A stretch of DNA of 64,000 nucleotides from an uncultured bacterium (GTDB taxonomy: Bacteria; Acidobacteriota; HRBIN11; JAKEFK01). Below the pieces are notes generated by a model. The model had not been told where the DNA came from, did no database searches, and was given only the letters and a program-made list of their open reading frames with translations. Where the stretch lies: NCBI GenBank assembly GCA_963777505.1, contig CAVZQN010000004.1:768001-832000 (forward strand), in the 5' to 3' direction. Every line of letters starts with the position of its first letter. Positions within the stretch are counted from its first letter, which is position 1. The position numbers and the translations under genes are program-made. Shown here one piece after another: positions 60,136 through 64,000 of this stretch.

Positions 60136-60762
60136 TTAATTAAAAACGTATTCGTAACCACTCGCTCCGAGAGGAAAATCTACAATCGAATAAGATAACC
60201 CACATTTTTGAAGTATCCCTGTTACAAAAGAATTGCTGTTCGGACCTTTCTTTGCTCTAAAGTCATATTGAAATTTTGAATTATTAAATTCCTTTGTAAG
60301 GCTTCGCAAACAATCAATTTTGAAACATGGAATATCGTTGTTCCTACTGCATTGAAGGCATCGTTCATCTTCTGCGAGCGAACCATTCAGTCTGACTTGC
60401 CATGAGGCGATCCTGCTGCGCTTTCTTGGATCCGGACCTGCAGTGAATTTGACTGCAATAAGTTCCTCATGCCGGTTATCGCTGGTAATTATGTAGCAAT
60501 GTATGGATGGTATAAGGGCTCCAGTCGGCCGGCAAAAAATATTCAAACTACATTGACCAGGATTACTGAACCATCCAACTGTTCTATTTTTAGGCGCAGA
60601 AATGAAAGTATTTTCAACTTTCATTAACGAAGTTTCGCCCATAAAACGTTCAATTGGACGCTCAAGTATTAAATTGTCTGAACCTGAAACCGCCTGGTCT
60701 TTCGGCGGGATGTATGCGAAAAGGACTAAAATTATTAGAAAGACAACGTAAAGGCCCCTCAC
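60136..60762 (-). CDS. hypothetical exported protein, DUF3750-like
   Basis: N-terminal hydrophobic segment, IHCYII, GPNSNSFV; GTG start after GAGGGAG. Confidence 0.55.
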   Translation of the reverse strand: MRGLYVVFLIILVLFAYIPPKDQAVSGSDNLILERPIERFMGETSLMKVENTFISAPKNRTVGWFSNPGQCSLNIFCRPTGALIPSIHCYIITSDNRHEELIAVKFTAGPDPRKRSRIASWQVRLNGSLAEDERCLQCSRNNDIPCFKIDCLRSLTKEFNNSKFQYDFRAKKGPNSNSFVTGILQKCGLSYSIVDFPLGASGYEYVFN

Positions 60763-60960
60763 ATCTACGGCTCCCTCATCGCAATTATACAATTTGTACC
60801 AATTCGAGAAAACTGGAATGAAATGAGACATCCAGTACCTCAAAAAATCAACATCTGTACAGAAAATAACACACATTTGGTTAGCATTTTGTAGGACCCT
60901 TTTGAGGTTTCTGTTGTCTAAGTATAGATAGAAGTAAGATTTACAAGATTATTGCAATAC

Positions 60961-60976
60961 TGGCATCGTCTTTGCT
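60961..60976 (+). promoter_or_regulatory. sigma-54 promoter
   Basis: TGGCATCGTCTTTGCT (GG-N10-GC) upstream of RBS AGGAGG and ATG 61010. Confidence 0.72.
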
Positions 60977-61009
60977 TAGCTAATAAGCGATTGGAAGTTA
61001 GGAGGCGAA

Positions 61010-61180
61010 ATGAGAAAACGGAAGAAATTGTCTCTAGGTGATTTAATTGCAGCTCTTTTTGAGGAATCTAAGAAAGTGACGACCGATCGACTCGAGCAGA
61101 ACTTGCTTGTTTATGCAGCTTTACGGGATTTATTGCGTACAAAAGTTATTAGCGTACGGCCGATAGCGATCCGGGCATAA
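61010..61180 (+). CDS. 56-aa basic small protein (not in ORF track), paralog A
   Basis: MRKRKKLSLGDLIAALFEESKKVTTDRLEQNLLVYAALRDLLRTKVISVRPIAIRA*; strong RBS; homologous to the next ORF. Confidence 0.85.
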   Translation: MRKRKKLSLGDLIAALFEESKKVTTDRLEQNLLVYAALRDLLRTKVISVRPIAIRA

Positions 61181-61231
61181 TTTAGGAATTTTATTCCTTA
61201 TGGTTTATCCCCTCCTGGATAAGAACATGGA

Positions 61232-61274
61232 CGTGGCCGTTCGATCTTGACTGAGGTCGGACGGCCTTTCTTTT
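61232..61274 (+). terminator. intrinsic terminator after paralog A
   Basis: GGCCGTTCGATCT...AGGTCGGACGGCC-TTTCTTTT. Confidence 0.75.
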
Positions 61275-61361
61275 AGCAACATTTATACAGTGATACCGAT
61301 AATTTGAATGATCCGAAATGAATTCTGGATCGTACTTAATAAGAAGAATATGGAGAATGCA

Positions 61362-61547
61362 ATGAGAAGCAAAAAACATTCGGTTCGAGTAACAGTTGGT
61401 GAGTTGATTGAAGCATTATTTGATGAAACAAAGAAGGTGACACGGAACCGGATGGAACAAAATCTTCTGGTATATGCAGCCCTCCGTGATCTTGTAAAAG
61501 GACGCAGATTACGTCCTGTTCCAGTTCGTTCAAAATACACGCATTAA
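61362..61547 (+). CDS. 61-aa basic small protein, paralog B
   Basis: GELIEALFDETKKVT.NRMEQNLLVYAALRDL shared with paralog A; GGAG RBS. Confidence 0.85.
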   Translation: MRSKKHSVRVTVGELIEALFDETKKVTRNRMEQNLLVYAALRDLVKGRRLRPVPVRSKYTH

Positions 61548-61603
61548 TTCTGAGGCGGAGTGATGCCCGCCTATCCATTCCTGGATAGAATGTTACAATT
61601 CTG

Positions 61604-61639
61604 AGCCGTTCGCAGATTGCGGACGGCTTTTCTTTTTTT
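61604..61639 (+). terminator. intrinsic terminator after paralog B
   Basis: AGCCGTTCGCA-GAT-TGCGGACGGCT-TTTCTTTTTT. Confidence 0.78.
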
Positions 61640-61667
61640 ACCTCACAGTTTAATATTCAGATCTATC

Positions 61668-63572
61668 ATGAAACCGTTTTACATCACTACGCCCATTTAC
61701 TATGTAAATGGACTGCCTCACATTGGACATATGTTTACGACAATCCTGTCCGATGTGATCGCGCGTTATCATCGATTGCTTGGGGATGATGTTTATTTCT
61801 TAACCGGAACCGATGAGCATGGTGTGAAAGCCGAAAAAGCTGCGCTTGAGCTTGGAATTCCCCCGCGCGAAATGGCAGATCGCATCGCTCTCCCATTTAA
61901 GGATCTTTGGAAGCGGCTCAATATCGACTTCTCTGATTTCATTCGCACAACAGAACCACGCCACTATGAATCGGTAGCCGAACTTTGGAAACGATGCAAA
62001 CAGAATGGCGATATTTATTTAGGTGAATATGAAGGTTGGTATTGCACGTTCGAGGAAGCATTCTGGACAGAAGGTCAACTGGTTGAAGGAAAATGCCCGG
62101 ATTGCGGACGTCCTGCGGAACGAATCAAAGAAGAAAGTTATTTTTTCCGTCTTTCAAAATATCAAGAGCCGCTTTTAAAACACTACCGAGAGCACCCCGA
62201 TTTCATTTTTCCGCGTAAGCGTTTCAATGAAGTTATTAGTTTTGTAGAAAGCGGTTTGCGCGATCTGAGTGTCAGCAGAGTCCGGTTGAAATGGGGAATA
62301 CCAGTTCCTGATGATCCACGTCATGTGATTTATGTCTGGTTTGATGCTTTAACAAACTACATTACAGGCGTTGGATTTCCATCGAATCAGGAAATGTTCA
62401 AACGCTACTGGCCTGCCAAGTTACACATGATTGGCAAAGATATTGTGCGTTTTCATGCTGTATATTGGCCCGCGTTTTTGCTTTCAGGTGGAGTCGAGTT
62501 GCCGAAACAGCTTTTGGTTCATGGCTGGTGGATGAAGGATGATACGAAAATCTCAAAGTCGCGCGGAAATGTAGTCGATCCAGAAACGCTGATCAACACA
62601 TTTGGTGTTGATGGCTCGCGATATTTTTTAACGCGTGAAGCTCCTATTGAATCGGATAGCACTTATGATTTCGATAGTATCTTGAAGCGTGTTAATAGTG
62701 ATCTTGCAAATGATCTTGGGAATCTTGTGAGCCGCTCGCTGACAATGGTTCATCGTTACAATGCAGGTGTAATTCCTGAGGCACAACCTGGCTCAGCTCC
62801 ATTTCAGGCTTCACTTGAAAAAATCATCACTCATTTGGAAACCTCAATTAAAGATTTTGCATTTCCTCGTCTACTTTCAGAAATCTGGGGCGTTGTGAAT
62901 GCGATGAATCGATACATTGTTGATGAACAGCCCTGGACACTTGCGAAGGATCCCACAAAAACTCAAAGCCTGAATAATGTTTTGTATAACACAAGTGAAG
63001 GACTCAGATTGATTGGAGGAATGATTGCTCCGGTCATACCCGCATCAGCCGATGCTTTGTGGAAACAACTGGGTCTAAAAAAAGCAGCATCACACGCAGT
63101 GATGGACGATTTGCGGTGGGGACAGTTGCAGCCAGGTACAAAACTTGAGGAAGTGTCGCCATTGTTCCCAAGAATCGAAATCAAAGGAGAGGAAACGGTG
63201 GAAGATCAACAGCCAAAAACAGAAGAGAAACCAGTAGAACCGGTGCAAGAAAGAATTTCGATTGAAGACTTTTTGAAAACAGGATTGCGTGTTGCGGAAG
63301 TAAAAGCAGCCGAGAAAGTTCAAGGTTCAAAAAAGCTGCTGAAGATCACCGTTGATCTTGGTACTGAAGTGCGAACAGTTGTTGCAGGAATTGCTGATGC
63401 ATATGCACCTGAAGATCTGGTTGGCAAACAAGTCGTGGTTGTAACGAATTTGAAGCCTGCCAAATTAATGGGAATCGAGTCGAATGGAATGATTTTGGCT
63501 GCAACGCTGGATGGCAAACCCGTTTTAGTCTCGATTTCAGCTCCTGTTCCGAATGGAACGACGGTAAGATAG
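61668..63572 (+). CDS. metG: methionyl-tRNA synthetase with C-terminal tRNA-binding domain
   Basis: TTPIYY, HIGH, GTDEHG, YVWFDAL, KISKS, NLKPAKLMGIESNGM. Confidence 0.98.
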   Translation: MKPFYITTPIYYVNGLPHIGHMFTTILSDVIARYHRLLGDDVYFLTGTDEHGVKAEKAALELGIPPREMADRIALPFKDLWKRLNIDFSDFIRTTEPRHYESVAELWKRCKQNGDIYLGEYEGWYCTFEEAFWTEGQLVEGKCPDCGRPAERIKEESYFFRLSKYQEPLLKHYREHPDFIFPRKRFNEVISFVESGLRDLSVSRVRLKWGIPVPDDPRHVIYVWFDALTNYITGVGFPSNQEMFKRYWPAKLHMIGKDIVRFHAVYWPAFLLSGGVELPKQLLVHGWWMKDDTKISKSRGNVVDPETLINTFGVDGSRYFLTREAPIESDSTYDFDSILKRVNSDLANDLGNLVSRSLTMVHRYNAGVIPEAQPGSAPFQASLEKIITHLETSIKDFAFPRLLSEIWGVVNAMNRYIVDEQPWTLAKDPTKTQSLNNVLYNTSEGLRLIGGMIAPVIPASADALWKQLGLKKAASHAVMDDLRWGQLQPGTKLEEVSPLFPRIEIKGEETVEDQQPKTEEKPVEPVQERISIEDFLKTGLRVAEVKAAEKVQGSKKLLKITVDLGTEVRTVVAGIADAYAPEDLVGKQVVVVTNLKPAKLMGIESNGMILAATLDGKPVLVSISAPVPNGTTVR

Positions 63573-63597
63573 TTCTTTGCGCCTTTGCGGTTGAACA

Positions 63598-64000
63598 TTG
63601 AAATTCTCAGTAGTATTTTCTGATCTCCACTTCGGAGACTCTCGATGCACTCTTCACTCGATGAACACCGCTCGAGTTTTATTCAACAAGTTATCCGAAT
63701 TTAAACCGATTCACGAAATCATTTTGCTAGGCGACATTCTGGATCTTCAGCTTGCAAACTGGGCGCAAGCATTGGAAGGAAGGATCGGTGGAAGAATGGA
63801 AAAACGCGCAGCCGGCTTCCGATATTTTCTGAATGTCTTGTTACGCGAAACCGGCGCTCGCAAGGTTGTGTATGTTCCTGGAAATCATGATTACCGGGTC
63901 TTCGATTACCATTCAGTCGAACGTTATCTCATGGGACCATTGAAGCGCGGGAAAAAATTATCCGGAAAAATTGCTTTCTTCAGGAAATTTCAACGTGGAT
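63598..64000 (+). CDS. metallophosphoesterase, runs off window end
   Basis: Open frame reads FSDLHFG, LLGDILD, VPGNHDY. Confidence 0.8.
   Translation, partial: MKFSVVFSDLHFGDSRCTLHSMNTARVLFNKLSEFKPIHEIILLGDILDLQLANWAQALEGRIGGRMEKRAAGFRYFLNVLLRETGARKVVYVPGNHDYRVFDYHSVERYLMGPLKRGKKLSGKIAFFRKFQRG

Noticed and set aside
61262-61278. Sigma-54 promoter for paralog B
   Set aside because: GG-to-GC spacing is 11 rather than 10, and the site overlaps the terminator
61548-61667. T-box or SAM riboswitch leader for metG
   Set aside because: No T-box or SAM-I consensus seen; the hairpins are duplicated after the upstream paralog, so they belong to the small-protein module
381-63598. Numerous short antisense or alternate-frame ORFs (e.g. 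13357-13851, 29721-30194, 32788-33246, 44358-44894)
   Set aside because: They are shadows of well-supported genes and have no motifs of their own

Overview
Gene-dense chromosomal window, AT-leaning, from a diderm bacterium (LptE, beta-barrel outer-membrane proteins, sigma-54 system; gene content tentatively suggests Acidobacteriota). Housekeeping genes: nth, rnc, ldcA-mpl, two moeA, pabB/C fusion, rpsT-holA-lptE-leuS, leuB-like, metG, tRNA-Arg(ACG). Most notable: (1) a MerB-like organomercurial lyase split by an in-frame TGA at the second catalytic Cys position and followed by a SECIS-like hairpin, i.e. a probable selenoprotein; (2) an integrase-less ~0.93 kb islet bounded by a 34-bp duplication of the tRNA-Arg 3' end; (3) a CAP12/Pycsar-type TIR protein fused to a Cap15-like beta-barrel, with no cyclase in the window; (4) a divergent S8 peptidase / TPR-CHAT pair; (5) a tryptophan-to-anthranilate (abm-like) catabolic cluster with unusual substitutions; (6) two tandem paralogous small proteins behind a sigma-54 promoter, each followed by the same two-hairpin element; (7) a possible orphan Csm2/Cas11-like protein. 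Several REP-like and short-period repeat families occupy intergenic gaps. Four single-base frameshifts, mostly in homopolymers, look like sequencing errors. All family assignments are by eye from motifs; no searches were run.
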